Shown: one piece after another, positions 11,576 to 20,811 of the stretch | Layout: every line of letters begins with the position of its first letter | Position numbering within the stretch: the first letter of the stretch is position 1 | Origin: Truepera sp. | GTDB lineage: Bacteria; Deinococcota; Deinococci; Deinococcales; Trueperaceae | DNA length: 64,000 bases | Assembly (NCBI GenBank): GCA_965218435.1 | Contig: CBDCKW010000009.1 | Location: 1,632,001 to 1,696,000, forward strand | Direction of reading: 5' to 3' | Notes under the pieces: model-generated | What the model was told of the DNA's origin: nothing | Database searches by the model: none | The model's input: only the letters and a program-made list of their open reading frames with translations | Position numbers and translations under genes: made by a program

Positions 11576-11881
11576 ATTGTGGCCTGAGTTAAGCGTCATC
11601 GGCACTGAGTCGGCTACTCACCGATGTCACCCTAGAACGTACGTGCCAGGGTAAGAAGTTCGCCGATGACGCACTTTTCGCAAAGCGGAGAGAACTATAG
11701 CAGGTATCAGCTGGTTTGAGTGTACGAAGTTCTGCGGAGCAACGCTCCTAGTAGGTCAAGCGTAGTTTAGCACACACATTCTGAGATGACTCCTGCGAGA
11801 TTCGTGCTCAGTGTTTATGATAATCGCTCTATAAAACATCGTTTAACGGCTTGTTGTCGAGGGCAAGGTTAGGGGTTAAAG

Positions 11882-12622
11882 TCAGCGGCTGAGATAGAGG
11901 TCAAAACGGGTATTTTTACTCTCGAGCTTTCCCTGCGGTTGCATGTCACCTAACCAGGGGGCTCCAGCAGGACGTTTGACGACTACCCGTTCGAGCGCCA
12001 CACGCCGCGCTGCCGCTAAGAGTTCGGTGGCGTCCTCGTCGGCACCGACGAGTTGCCGAAACAGCTGCATCTCTTTTTTTTGTAACGCCTGCTTGTTCGT
12101 ATGCGGATACATCGGGTCAAGGTAGATAACCTCAGGGAGCTCACTCAGAGCCTCGAGATAATCCACCGCGTCACCCCTATAGAGCGTCATCCGAGCTGCG
12201 ATGTCGGCAACCTCGGAGGTATGGGCGCGGCGCAGCGCGTCGTCTAACAGTGCGTAGGCGATGGGCGAACGCTCGAGCAGCGTCACCCTTGCGCCCAAAG
12301 ATGCCAACACAAAGGCGTCACGCCCGAGCCCCGCCGTCGCGTCAACCACAGTGGGTGAAGTGAAGCCTTTAGGGAACACAGCCTTGGCTAAAAGCTGTCC
12401 GCGCCCACCCCCGTATTTGCGGCGATAGTCGGCGCGGCCCTGTACAAAGTCAGCGTAGACCGGCCCCGGCGCGTGTAGGCCGGTTTGACGAAGCTCGAGC
12501 TTCTCTCCCGTCAGATAAAGCAGCGCGTCCTGAACGTCACCCATAAGGGGCAGATCGAGCCGCGCTGCAAGTGCCTGAGCTTCAGCCTCGAACCCCTCGG
12601 CCCAGCCGACCGCGACCTTCAT
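11882..12622 (-). CDS. rsmJ: 16S rRNA m2G1516 methyltransferase RsmJ (YhiQ)
   Basis: VVDATAGLGRDAFVLA, IYLDPMYP, VVVKRP, RFDLY; start set at MKVAV. Confidence 0.9.
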   Translation of the reverse strand: MKVAVGWAEGFEAEAQALAARLDLPLMGDVQDALLYLTGEKLELRQTGLHAPGPVYADFVQGRADYRRKYGGGRGQLLAKAVFPKGFTSPTVVDATAGLGRDAFVLASLGARVTLLERSPIAYALLDDALRRAHTSEVADIAARMTLYRGDAVDYLEALSELPEVIYLDPMYPHTNKQALQKKEMQLFRQLVGADEDATELLAAARRVALERVVVKRPAGAPWLGDMQPQGKLESKNTRFDLYLSR

Positions 12623-12636
12623 TTCTTCTGACGCGC

Positions 12637-13305
12637 CTAACGCGCAGCGTCGGCGACCGGCTCGAGCAGTTCCCATAACGCCGCGTCGGTGAAGTCACGA
12701 ATCACCAGCGTCGCCCCCGCCGCTCTCAGCACCTCGGGGCGCTGCGTCGTCGCCATGCCGACCGTCAAGATACCTGCAGCTACCCCGGATTTAACGCCGC
12801 TCGCCGAATCTTCAAAGACGATGGCTTGTTCGGGGGCGACGCCTAGAAGTTCTAACGCAGTGGTGTAGGGCAGCGGATCGGGTTTGCCGCGCGGCAGTTC
12901 GTCGGCGTAGACCTCGGGCTCGAGTGCCCCGGTCAGTTTAACGGCCGCGAGCAGATAAGCCGCGTTCTCCCGTGGGGCGCTCGTCACCAGTGCTTGCGCC
13001 AAGCCCTGCTTTTTAGCCCACGCCAGCAGGTCAGAGAGCCCCGCCAGCGGTTCCCACGTCGCTTGGGTCTCCCTAAACGTCGTCTCTTTCCGGTTCATGA
13101 GGTCACGCCGATAATCGTCGTTTTCATCGGGAAAATAGTCGCGCAAGATTTCCATATTGGGCCGCCCGGCCATTCTAGCGTCGTATTCATCCCGGTCTAA
13201 AGGTATCCCGAGGTCGGCGAGCACTTTGACGTAGGCGTCATAGTGTTGATTGTCGGTATCTATGAGGGTACCGTCCATGTCGAAGATAAGCGCACGTAGG
13301 TTCAT
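12637..13305 (-). CDS. HAD-superfamily phosphatase (beta-PGM/CbbY-like)
   Basis: IFDMDGTL, GKPDP, FEDS..G; TAGACT -10 lies 7 nt before ATG 13305. Confidence 0.9.
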   Translation of the reverse strand: MNLRALIFDMDGTLIDTDNQHYDAYVKVLADLGIPLDRDEYDARMAGRPNMEILRDYFPDENDDYRRDLMNRKETTFRETQATWEPLAGLSDLLAWAKKQGLAQALVTSAPRENAAYLLAAVKLTGALEPEVYADELPRGKPDPLPYTTALELLGVAPEQAIVFEDSASGVKSGVAAGILTVGMATTQRPEVLRAAGATLVIRDFTDAALWELLEPVADAAR

Positions 13306-13527
13306 AACGAGCAGTCTACCGTCTTGTACATGTAACCTTCCAAACAGATGAGCTGAGCGTCCCGAATTCGTGTCCATCAGGGGGTTCACAGCGCCCGGCA
13401 AAGGTGCTACTATTCGGCTATACACGCGCCGTAGAATCCTGTGTGTTTTTGCGCTATAGCCTAAAAATCGTAAGTTGAGAGCGACAAGTATTTAATATTC
13501 ACAAGTTGTTTAATACAGGAGGTTTAG

Positions 13528-14844
13528 ATGAGCAACCAGAGCCTAGCCGAACGCCGCCACCGGGCGGTCTCCCCTGCGGCCTACTCAACGCACCCGATTT
13601 ATCCGACTAAAGCCGAAGGTGCTTACGTCTGGGACGCCGACGGTAACAAATACCTCGATTGGACAGTCGGCATTGCGGTGATGAACGTCGGGCACTCGCA
13701 TCCAAAGGTGATCGAGGCTGTTAAAAAGCAAGCCGAAGACTTTCAACACCTCTGCTTTGCGGTGGGGATGAACGAAACCTATATTCAGCTCGCGGAGAAG
13801 CTCAACGAAATTGCGCCGGGGCCGTCGGAGAAGCGCACCTTTTTGGTCAATTCAGGGGCGGAGGCGGTTGAAAATGCGGTCAAAATCGCTCGAGTCGCTA
13901 CCGGACGGCAGGGCATCGTCGCGTTTACGCACGCGTTTCACGGACGCACCCATATGGCGCTGTCGCTCACCGCGAAGGCCAACCCGTATAAAGCTGGGTT
14001 CGCCCCCCGCGCTGCCGAGGTCTACCGCGCCCGCTACCCTTACGTCTACCGCAACACCTGGGGTTTGACTGACGAAACCGAAGTCGCGGAGAAGGCGTTG
14101 TCGGCGCTGAAAGAGCAGGTCAAGTACACCATCGGTGAGGGCGAAGTTGCCGCGTTCCTCATCGAACCCGTCGCGGGTGAAGGCGGCTTTATCCCGGCCC
14201 CGAGAGCATTTTTAGAAGGGCTGCAAGCCTACGCCAAAGAGATCGGCGCACTCTGGATTGACGACGAAGTGCAATCCGGTATCGGGCGTACCGGCGCGTG
14301 GTGGGTGGTGGACCACTATGGCCTCGAGCCCGACCTCATCACCTCAGCGAAGGCGCTCTCGTCAGGGTTTCCGCTCTCAGCTGTCATCGGCAAAGCCGAA
14401 GTGATGGACAAAATCGCGCCGGGTCAGCTCGGCAGTACCTTCGGCGGCAACCCCGTCAGCTGTGCGGCGGCGCTCGCCACACTCTCAGTTATTGAAGACG
14501 AGGGTTTGTTGGAGCGTGCCCAAGAAATCGGTGCAGCGGCGACTGACAAGCTCAAAGCGTTGCAAAAAGACCTGCCCAAAATCGGTGACGTGCGCGGCCT
14601 CGGCGCGATGGTTGGAATTGAATTTGTCACCGGCCCGGACAAAACGCCGAATCCCGAAGCGGCGCAAGCGGTGTTAGAGCACGCCCGCGGGGACGGGTTG
14701 CTGCTCTTAACAACCGGCACCTACAGCAACGTCATCCGGCTGCTGCCACCCATTCGCATGTCGGACGCGGAATTAAGCGAAGGGTTAGAGAAGCTCGAGC
14801 GGGCTATCCGCGCAGTTTTGGAGCCGGTCGCCGTCGGCGCGTAA
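13528..14844 (+). CDS. gabT: 4-aminobutyrate aminotransferase (class III PLP)
   Basis: NSGAEAVENAVKIAR, FHGRT, EPVAGEGG, DEVQSG.GRTG, TSAK. Confidence 0.88.
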   Translation: MSNQSLAERRHRAVSPAAYSTHPIYPTKAEGAYVWDADGNKYLDWTVGIAVMNVGHSHPKVIEAVKKQAEDFQHLCFAVGMNETYIQLAEKLNEIAPGPSEKRTFLVNSGAEAVENAVKIARVATGRQGIVAFTHAFHGRTHMALSLTAKANPYKAGFAPRAAEVYRARYPYVYRNTWGLTDETEVAEKALSALKEQVKYTIGEGEVAAFLIEPVAGEGGFIPAPRAFLEGLQAYAKEIGALWIDDEVQSGIGRTGAWWVVDHYGLEPDLITSAKALSSGFPLSAVIGKAEVMDKIAPGQLGSTFGGNPVSCAAALATLSVIEDEGLLERAQEIGAAATDKLKALQKDLPKIGDVRGLGAMVGIEFVTGPDKTPNPEAAQAVLEHARGDGLLLLTTGTYSNVIRLLPPIRMSDAELSEGLEKLERAIRAVLEPVAVGA

Positions 14845-14862
14845 AAGTTTCCAGTTTAGAAG

Positions 14863-14891
14863 ATAGTCAGGCTTTCGGGTCTGACTATTTT
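14863..14891. terminator. Hairpin terminator between convergent genes
   Basis: atagtcaggc-tttcgg-gtctgactat then T run. Confidence 0.75.
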
Positions 14892-15930
14892 ATTTCACGC
14901 CTAAGAAACGGCGCTTCACCGTTTGAACAACCTCGTCAAGAGCTTCGGACCCAGCGTCAACACCCGTATTGCAGGCGGCAACGACGGCAAAACCCAAAGC
15001 AGGCGCTAACAAGTTGACGGCCTTCGATCTGTTATTTGAACCCGCGTGTCCAAGCAGTTTTCCCGGTGCCCAGTCGCTCTCAAGAGCTCCCCAACCCAAG
15101 GCGTAAACATCGAGGACGGGGGTGTGGAGCAGCTCGAGCGTCTCTTTGCTTACCAACTTGGGCGCACCTGTCAAATGGAACGCTGCGTGACGGGCAAAGT
15201 CTACAACGGACATATGAACACAACCTGCAGGAGAGATGACAGGCGGCATGTCTGCCTCCGGCCCAGGTTCAACGGGTTCAGGGTCATGACCCCAAGGTTC
15301 GTCAATGTTGCCGGGTGTACCCGCCGCCCCAAATCCGGCTGAGGTCAGACCGAGAGGTGTAAAAACTTCGGTTTGCAACAGCGTTTCAAACGGGGTTTGC
15401 GTTACTCTTTCAAACGTTGCGCCAGCCGTGACATAGCCCATGTTTGAGTATTCGAACGTGCTTCCCGGCGGCGTTCGGGGTTCCCTGCGCAGAAGTTCGG
15501 GGACGACGACCTCGAGCCGGTCGTTCATAGGCGTATCGTCAGCGCCAAAAACAAGGTTTACCAGCTCGGGGTCTTCAGCTTCCGAATCGGTAAACGCGGG
15601 CATTCCGGCAGTGTGCGACAAAAGCTGTTTAAGCGTCACCGGTTGATAACCGGGATGAATGTCCAACTCAGGAAAAACCTCGAGTAACGGCGTCTCCCAC
15701 GACAGTAGCCCGTGCTCGACCAAAACCCCTGCCAAGGTCGCGGTCATCGCCTTCGTACACGACCCGATATGGTACTTGTCGTTGACCGTCACGGGTGTGT
15801 CGTCGCCGCGTTTACGAACGCCTGCTGCGCCCACAGCGCGAAGTTCTCCGTCAACGACCACAGCGGCAGCAACCGAAGGGACATCGTGGTGTTCTGAAAT
15901 CTCGGTTAGGATTTCGCTTAGGTCGTCCAT
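14890..15930 (-). CDS. Serine hydrolase, beta-lactamase/AmpC family
   Basis: SCTK (SxxK), LLSHTAG, YSN, HAGS. Confidence 0.9.
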   Translation of the reverse strand: MDDLSEILTEISEHHDVPSVAAAVVVDGELRAVGAAGVRKRGDDTPVTVNDKYHIGSCTKAMTATLAGVLVEHGLLSWETPLLEVFPELDIHPGYQPVTLKQLLSHTAGMPAFTDSEAEDPELVNLVFGADDTPMNDRLEVVVPELLRREPRTPPGSTFEYSNMGYVTAGATFERVTQTPFETLLQTEVFTPLGLTSAGFGAAGTPGNIDEPWGHDPEPVEPGPEADMPPVISPAGCVHMSVVDFARHAAFHLTGAPKLVSKETLELLHTPVLDVYALGWGALESDWAPGKLLGHAGSNNRSKAVNLLAPALGFAVVAACNTGVDAGSEALDEVVQTVKRRFLGVK

Positions 15931-16048
15931 AGGTGACTTTAGCACCGCAGGAAAAGCGTTATACAGGAGTAAAAGGTTCTAGTTTTAGGGATAGCGATAA
16001 TGCAGTCGTTGCTTTATAGTTAGTGCGTGGGCGAATTTTTGGGCTATC

Positions 16049-16998
16049 TTGCCGTTTGGTCAAGGAAGAGCCGTGTTTTATAAACATTTTCTGCTCTTTG
16101 CTATGCTAGCTACTGCGTTGGCAAGCTGCGTTCCGGCTTCAACCATAAAGCCCAAAACTACAGTCACAGAAAATGCTAAATCCTCGGGTCAAGGTGTGGC
16201 AGCTTACGCCGAAGCACTAAGGCGGTTACAGTTGCGGCCAACAATAGGCAATCTCGATAAGGTGCTGACCGAAACATGGCCTGAGACGTATGCCGGATTC
16301 TGGATCACGACCCCGCGCAAACCTGGCGTGACGGTGGCTGCTAGCGGCAAACTCGACGATTACAGGTCTTTAATCAAGGGGACACCCTTTGAAGACCAAG
16401 TGACGATCATTCAGGTAAAGAAATCTTTACAGGCACTTGAGAATAAGCGCAAAGCAGCTACAGCTTACCTAAAAAGCCGCAGCATTGACTCAGCGGCTGA
16501 CGTAAACATCATGGAGAACCGCGTTACTATCTTTGTGGGTAACCCCCGTGAACTCAAGTCGTTGATGAAATCGGACTCGGTAGCGGCGGCAGCTCTTTCC
16601 GACGTGACCTTTATAAAGTATTTCGGATTTGGCCAGAAACTCGTTCAGCGCCCTGCTGCGGTCCAAGCAGGCAAAAGAGCAGTATAACTCTGCTCACTTA
16701 TGATTCCCCTACGCCGAGCAGTTTTCTGGTTGGAGGCTCCGGCATCTTAAAGGTTATTGACGGGTGTATTCGTATAACAGGACCCAACGATGATCAAGGC
16801 GCAACGATAGTGTTTCCGTTTTTATTTTCTTACCGCATCATAGAAGGAAAGCTCGAGCTTATCTACCGAGGCAAAGTCTACGCTCGAGAAGGTGACAGAG
16901 TAGTGTGGGGTGGATTTCCAGCTGGACCTTCGGCACCCGGCGATAAAAAGATACTTGGCGACGTTTCACGTTGTCCAGGAAGTTTCTTTTTTCACTGA
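16049..16998 (+). pseudogene. Lipoprotein gene split by an apparent -1 frameshift (ORFs 16049-16687 and 16810-16998)
   Basis: Lipobox LASC. The second frame is open from 16543 and reads ...SSITLLTY...GILKVIDGCIRI...VFP...AREGDRVVWGG...CPG. One extra A at gcaaaag (about 16672) would fuse the two. Confidence 0.55.
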
Positions 16999-17079
16999 TA
17001 ACATTAGAGTAGATCAGTCCCATCTGTTATGAAGCAGGTAGTCTCCCACCTGCCTCTTGAGTTTCTTTGAAGTAGCAGT

Positions 17080-18183
17080 TTAGAACGCAGGCGCAACCGT
17101 ATCGGTATGAACTACACGCTGCTCCGCATGACCATCTTGAAAGTGCGGCATCACCAGTTCCCCAAAGCGCCGCGCCTCCTCCAAGTGTGGGTAGCTCGAC
17201 AAGATAAAGGTGTCAATCCCCAGCTGCTGGTAGCTTTTAAGTTTATCTGCAACTTGCTGCGGGTCGCCGACAAGCGCCACGCCGACACCGCTCCTAGCGA
17301 GGCCGATCCCGGCCCAGAGGTGCGGCTCGACCATCAGGTCACCTTTAAGCCCCAGCTCAATCTGACGGCGCTGCCCGACTGAATCCACGTGTTTGTACGA
17401 CTCGAGAAATGCCTGCCGGACTTCAGGGTCAATCCGCGAGATCATCCGCTCGGCGGCGGCCCAAGCCTCGGCTTCGGTCTCCCGGACGATGACGTGCAAC
17501 CGGAGGCCGTAGCGGAGCGTGCGGCCGTACTCGGCGCTCAAGCTGTGCATCTTTTCTAACCGCTCTTTGATTATCTCCTGCGGTTCGCCCCACATCAGGT
17601 ACACATCGGCGAGTTCGGCGGCGATACGCTGTGCGGCGTCACTTGCGCCGCCAAAGTAGAGCGGGATGGTTTCAGGCGGTTTGGGGTCTACGACGGCGTT
17701 TTCAATCCGGTAGACGTTGCCTTCAAACGAGACCGGCGTTTCGCGCCAGAGTTTACGCAGCAGCAGCATAAATTCACGGGTACGTTCGTAACGCTGCGCG
17801 TGCGGCTCAAAGTCGCCGTACATGGCGTTTTCCGCAGGTGACGAGCCGGTCACGACGTTGATCCGGATACGTCCCGGAAAAAAGTTGGCAGCGGTAGCGA
17901 CCATCTTGGCGTACTGCGCGGGGTGGACCATACCGGGGCGTACCGCGAGCAGGAGTCCGGCCCCACGGGTACGGGCGAGCGCGGCGACGCCCGCCGTCCA
18001 AGTTTCGTTGTAATGATGGTAGTTGGTCGCCGTCAGCAGCGACGAAAACCCGGCTTCAGCCGCCGTTTCGATGATGCCGGAGAGGTACTCGAGAGTCGGT
18101 TTACGGGGTGAAAGTTCTTTGGTTCCGACAAACTCACCGTCGCGCGCGAGCTGACAAAACCACAAAAAGTCAGGGTCCAACAT
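17080..18183 (-). CDS. LLM-class flavin-dependent monooxygenase, SsuD/alkanesulfonate-like
   Basis: LLAVRPG, INVVTG, YFGGAS, YLMWGEP, GLRLHVIVRETE, SYPHLEEA. Confidence 0.88.
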   Translation of the reverse strand: MLDPDFLWFCQLARDGEFVGTKELSPRKPTLEYLSGIIETAAEAGFSSLLTATNYHHYNETWTAGVAALARTRGAGLLLAVRPGMVHPAQYAKMVATAANFFPGRIRINVVTGSSPAENAMYGDFEPHAQRYERTREFMLLLRKLWRETPVSFEGNVYRIENAVVDPKPPETIPLYFGGASDAAQRIAAELADVYLMWGEPQEIIKERLEKMHSLSAEYGRTLRYGLRLHVIVRETEAEAWAAAERMISRIDPEVRQAFLESYKHVDSVGQRRQIELGLKGDLMVEPHLWAGIGLARSGVGVALVGDPQQVADKLKSYQQLGIDTFILSSYPHLEEARRFGELVMPHFQDGHAEQRVVHTDTVAPAF

Positions 18184-18315
18184 AAAACATCCTCCAGAAA
18201 AGCGTAGGTGCGCTTACACTCGAGTCTACACCTCATCCTTAAAGGTTTGTCCAGACAATTGACCTACGGCTGACGCACCCGTCGGCCTGAGCAGACCGTG
18301 TGGACGCGCCGCAGC

Positions 18316-18762
18316 TTACAAAAGCAGTTCCGGCTGCGCCGCGCCAGGTAAACTCAGGGTGTCACGTAATGAGGTGGTGTCGAGCACGCGCAGCGTCGCG
18401 GCTTTGACCTCGAGCATCACCGCCCGCACCTCACAGGTCGCTTCGTCGCACTCTTCACAGCGCCGGTAATAACGTTTCGAGGCGCAAGGTAGGGGCGCAA
18501 GTGCCCCTTCAAAGATGCGGATCACGCGGCCCAAATAGATGTCTTCGGGGGGCTGCGCGAGCCAGTAACCACCACCGCGCCCTTTTTTACTCTGCAACAC
18601 GCCGTGGCGTTTAAGCTCGAGCAAGATCAGCTCTAAAAATTTTCTCGAAATCCCCTCCGACTCGGCGATGTTGGTAATCAAGACCGGGCCACGCCCATGA
18701 TGTTTGGCCAAAAAAACCAGTGCTTTCAGGGCGTACTTGGCCTTTTGCGTCAGCGAGATCAT
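18316..18762 (-). CDS. Rrf2-family transcriptional regulator with Cys cluster
   Basis: KYALKAL, KFLE.IL..L, S.KG.GGGY.LA, LPCAS...CEEC..ATC. Confidence 0.92.
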   Translation of the reverse strand: MISLTQKAKYALKALVFLAKHHGRGPVLITNIAESEGISRKFLELILLELKRHGVLQSKKGRGGGYWLAQPPEDIYLGRVIRIFEGALAPLPCASKRYYRRCEECDEATCEVRAVMLEVKAATLRVLDTTSLRDTLSLPGAAQPELLL

Positions 18763-18920
18763 CTTCTTAAGCCTAGCAGATAGCCCATCCGCGCGTAGGC
18801 TTGTCCCACGCTCGCCGGTAAACCGTGTGCTTACAGCAGCCTGTAAAACTCCCAGCTAGAGGCTCAGCTGTTAAGCAGACGGCTTTTGGAAACCTCTACT
18901 CGTGAGCAGCCAAGCGGGTC

Positions 18921-19361
18921 CTAAACCTCGAGCAGACTTTCATCAAGTCGCACGTCCGTATAGGAGCGCTCGCCCAGCAGATATTTGAGGGCACTCTCAT
19001 AATGTTGCGGCAAAAGAACGCTGCGGCTGCCTAAATGACCCTCGAGCCGCCCTACTGAAAACCGCTCCTGAAAGACGCGGGTCATGTCCTGCGCCGATAA
19101 GAGCTGCGGGCTAAAGACGCCCAAACAGACGAGCCGCCGCCCGGCAAAGGTATGCAGCGTCAGGTGCGCTTCAGGCCGCGCCAAGCCAACCGACACCCCG
19201 TCCGGGAACCAATAGCTGACCTTGACCGGCTCGTCGTTACTAGGGCCGAGTACACCCAAAAGTTGCCACGCCGCGCCGATGACCCAGCCTTCGTCAAGCA
19301 GCGGGGCCGACACGCCGTAGCCGTCAACCATCATATGTGCGCCGTAGCCGAGTGAATCCAT
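18921..19361 (-). CDS. S-adenosylmethionine decarboxylase (SpeD/SpeH)-like protein lacking catalytic Ser
   Basis: GAHMMVDGY...GVS...EAHLTLHTF...VFSP vs canonical ESHISIHT(F/W)P...D(I/V)F(S/T)C. Confidence 0.7.
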   Translation of the reverse strand: MDSLGYGAHMMVDGYGVSAPLLDEGWVIGAAWQLLGVLGPSNDEPVKVSYWFPDGVSVGLARPEAHLTLHTFAGRRLVCLGVFSPQLLSAQDMTRVFQERFSVGRLEGHLGSRSVLLPQHYESALKYLLGERSYTDVRLDESLLEV

Positions 19362-19506
19362 GGTTTCAGCGTATCACGGGCGCATTGGGTTCTAAACTGG
19401 GTTCTGCTAAAGAAGTCAGAACCCAGACAAAAGTCAGTAACGCGAGAAAACAGCTCTCCCATAGCACTACCGAGACATTGACTGCGGTATGGAAACGTCC
19501 GGTAGC

Positions 19507-20811
19507 CTAACCTTTAACGCCACCAGCCGTGTACTGCCCGGTGAGCGCATTTTGAAACGAGTAAAAAATAATTAAAATCGGTAGACTACCCAAAACGGCG
19601 CTCGCCGCCAGCGTGCCCCACTGCGTCTGAAACCGGCTGCTGGTCAGCGCCCGCAGACCGATGCCGACGGTCCATTTGTCGTCACCGGTCAAGAGGATAT
19701 TCGCCAAGATGAATTCGCTGTAGGTACCGATAAACTGCAACAAAAAGATGAACAGCAGCATCGGCACGCTGATGGGCAAGATAATCCGCCAAAACGCGCC
19801 CCAGCGGGTGGCACCGTCAACCATCGCCGCTTCTTCCAAACTCGGGCTGATAGACTCCAAGTAGCCCTTAAAAATCCACGAGGCAAAGGCGATCGCGCCG
19901 CCGGAATAGGCCAAAATCAGTCCGGCGAAGGTGTTTAACAGCCCTAAAAAGTTCATCAGATAAAAAATGGCGACCAGCGCCATAAAACCGGGAAACATCT
20001 GGACGAAGATAAAGCTCAGGAGCGTGCCGTAACGCCCTTCAAACTTCATCCGGGCGAAGGCGTACCCGGCGGTGGTACTGATGGCGACGGCAAAAAGTCC
20101 GGTCAAGCCGGAAACGAAGAGCGTATTGCGGATAAACAGCACGACTTTTTTCTCACTGCTCGAGGCCACCCGCTCGCCCGCTTCGTTGACTGAAAAAAAC
20201 TGGTTGTTATTGACGCTGATGACGAGCACCGCCGCGCTGCCGACGAGTGTCCAGATGGCGGCGGTGCGTACCCTTTCGGCGACGCGTGATTCCGGGTTTG
20301 AACGGCTCGCTATAATGGCTCCGATCAGCACCACGGCAGCTACAACCAAGAGCCCGACCAGCACCCACTGATACCAAAACAGGTGCGTTTCACTTAGAAC
20401 GTCTCGGTACTGCACCAAGGAAAACTTTGACGGGTCCGGCAAGATACCGGCCCGCACGAGCAGGTTACCCGCGCGGGGCGGCGGGGCGCTGAGGTTGTTG
20501 ATCCGGTTAAACGAGACCGCTAACAGGTTGATGACCGGGTAGAGCGTCAAGAGGATAAAAACCCAGATAAAGGTGTGGCTCGTCGCGGTCAGCGCGTAGG
20601 CCCCGGCTTTGGCGGGCCGCGTGGCGCGCCCGTAAAAATATGCGCCTAAAATAACGACAGCGGCAACGACGGCAAACCCGATCAACAGCCGCAACCAACC
20701 GTAGGGAACGATTAAAAAGCGGTTTCGGTCAATTTGGGCGAAGACGACACCTAGAGACAAGAGTCCGAGGCACGCGCTAGTACGAAACCCCATACGAAAA
20801 AATCTATTCAT
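19507..20811 (-). CDS. malG: Maltose/maltodextrin ABC permease, MalG-like
   Basis: AGYAFAR..F.GR, QMFP, KGY..SI..SLEEAA.VDGA. Confidence 0.85.
   Translation of the reverse strand: MNRFFRMGFRTSACLGLLSLGVVFAQIDRNRFLIVPYGWLRLLIGFAVVAAVVILGAYFYGRATRPAKAGAYALTATSHTFIWVFILLTLYPVINLLAVSFNRINNLSAPPPRAGNLLVRAGILPDPSKFSLVQYRDVLSETHLFWYQWVLVGLLVVAAVVLIGAIIASRSNPESRVAERVRTAAIWTLVGSAAVLVISVNNNQFFSVNEAGERVASSSEKKVVLFIRNTLFVSGLTGLFAVAISTTAGYAFARMKFEGRYGTLLSFIFVQMFPGFMALVAIFYLMNFLGLLNTFAGLILAYSGGAIAFASWIFKGYLESISPSLEEAAMVDGATRWGAFWRIILPISVPMLLFIFLLQFIGTYSEFILANILLTGDDKWTVGIGLRALTSSRFQTQWGTLAASAVLGSLPILIIFYSFQNALTGQYTAGGVKG

Noticed and set aside
18247..18258. Palindrome TTGTCCAGACAA upstream of the SsuD-like gene
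   Set aside because: Plausible operator but short, single and not assignable to a regulator.
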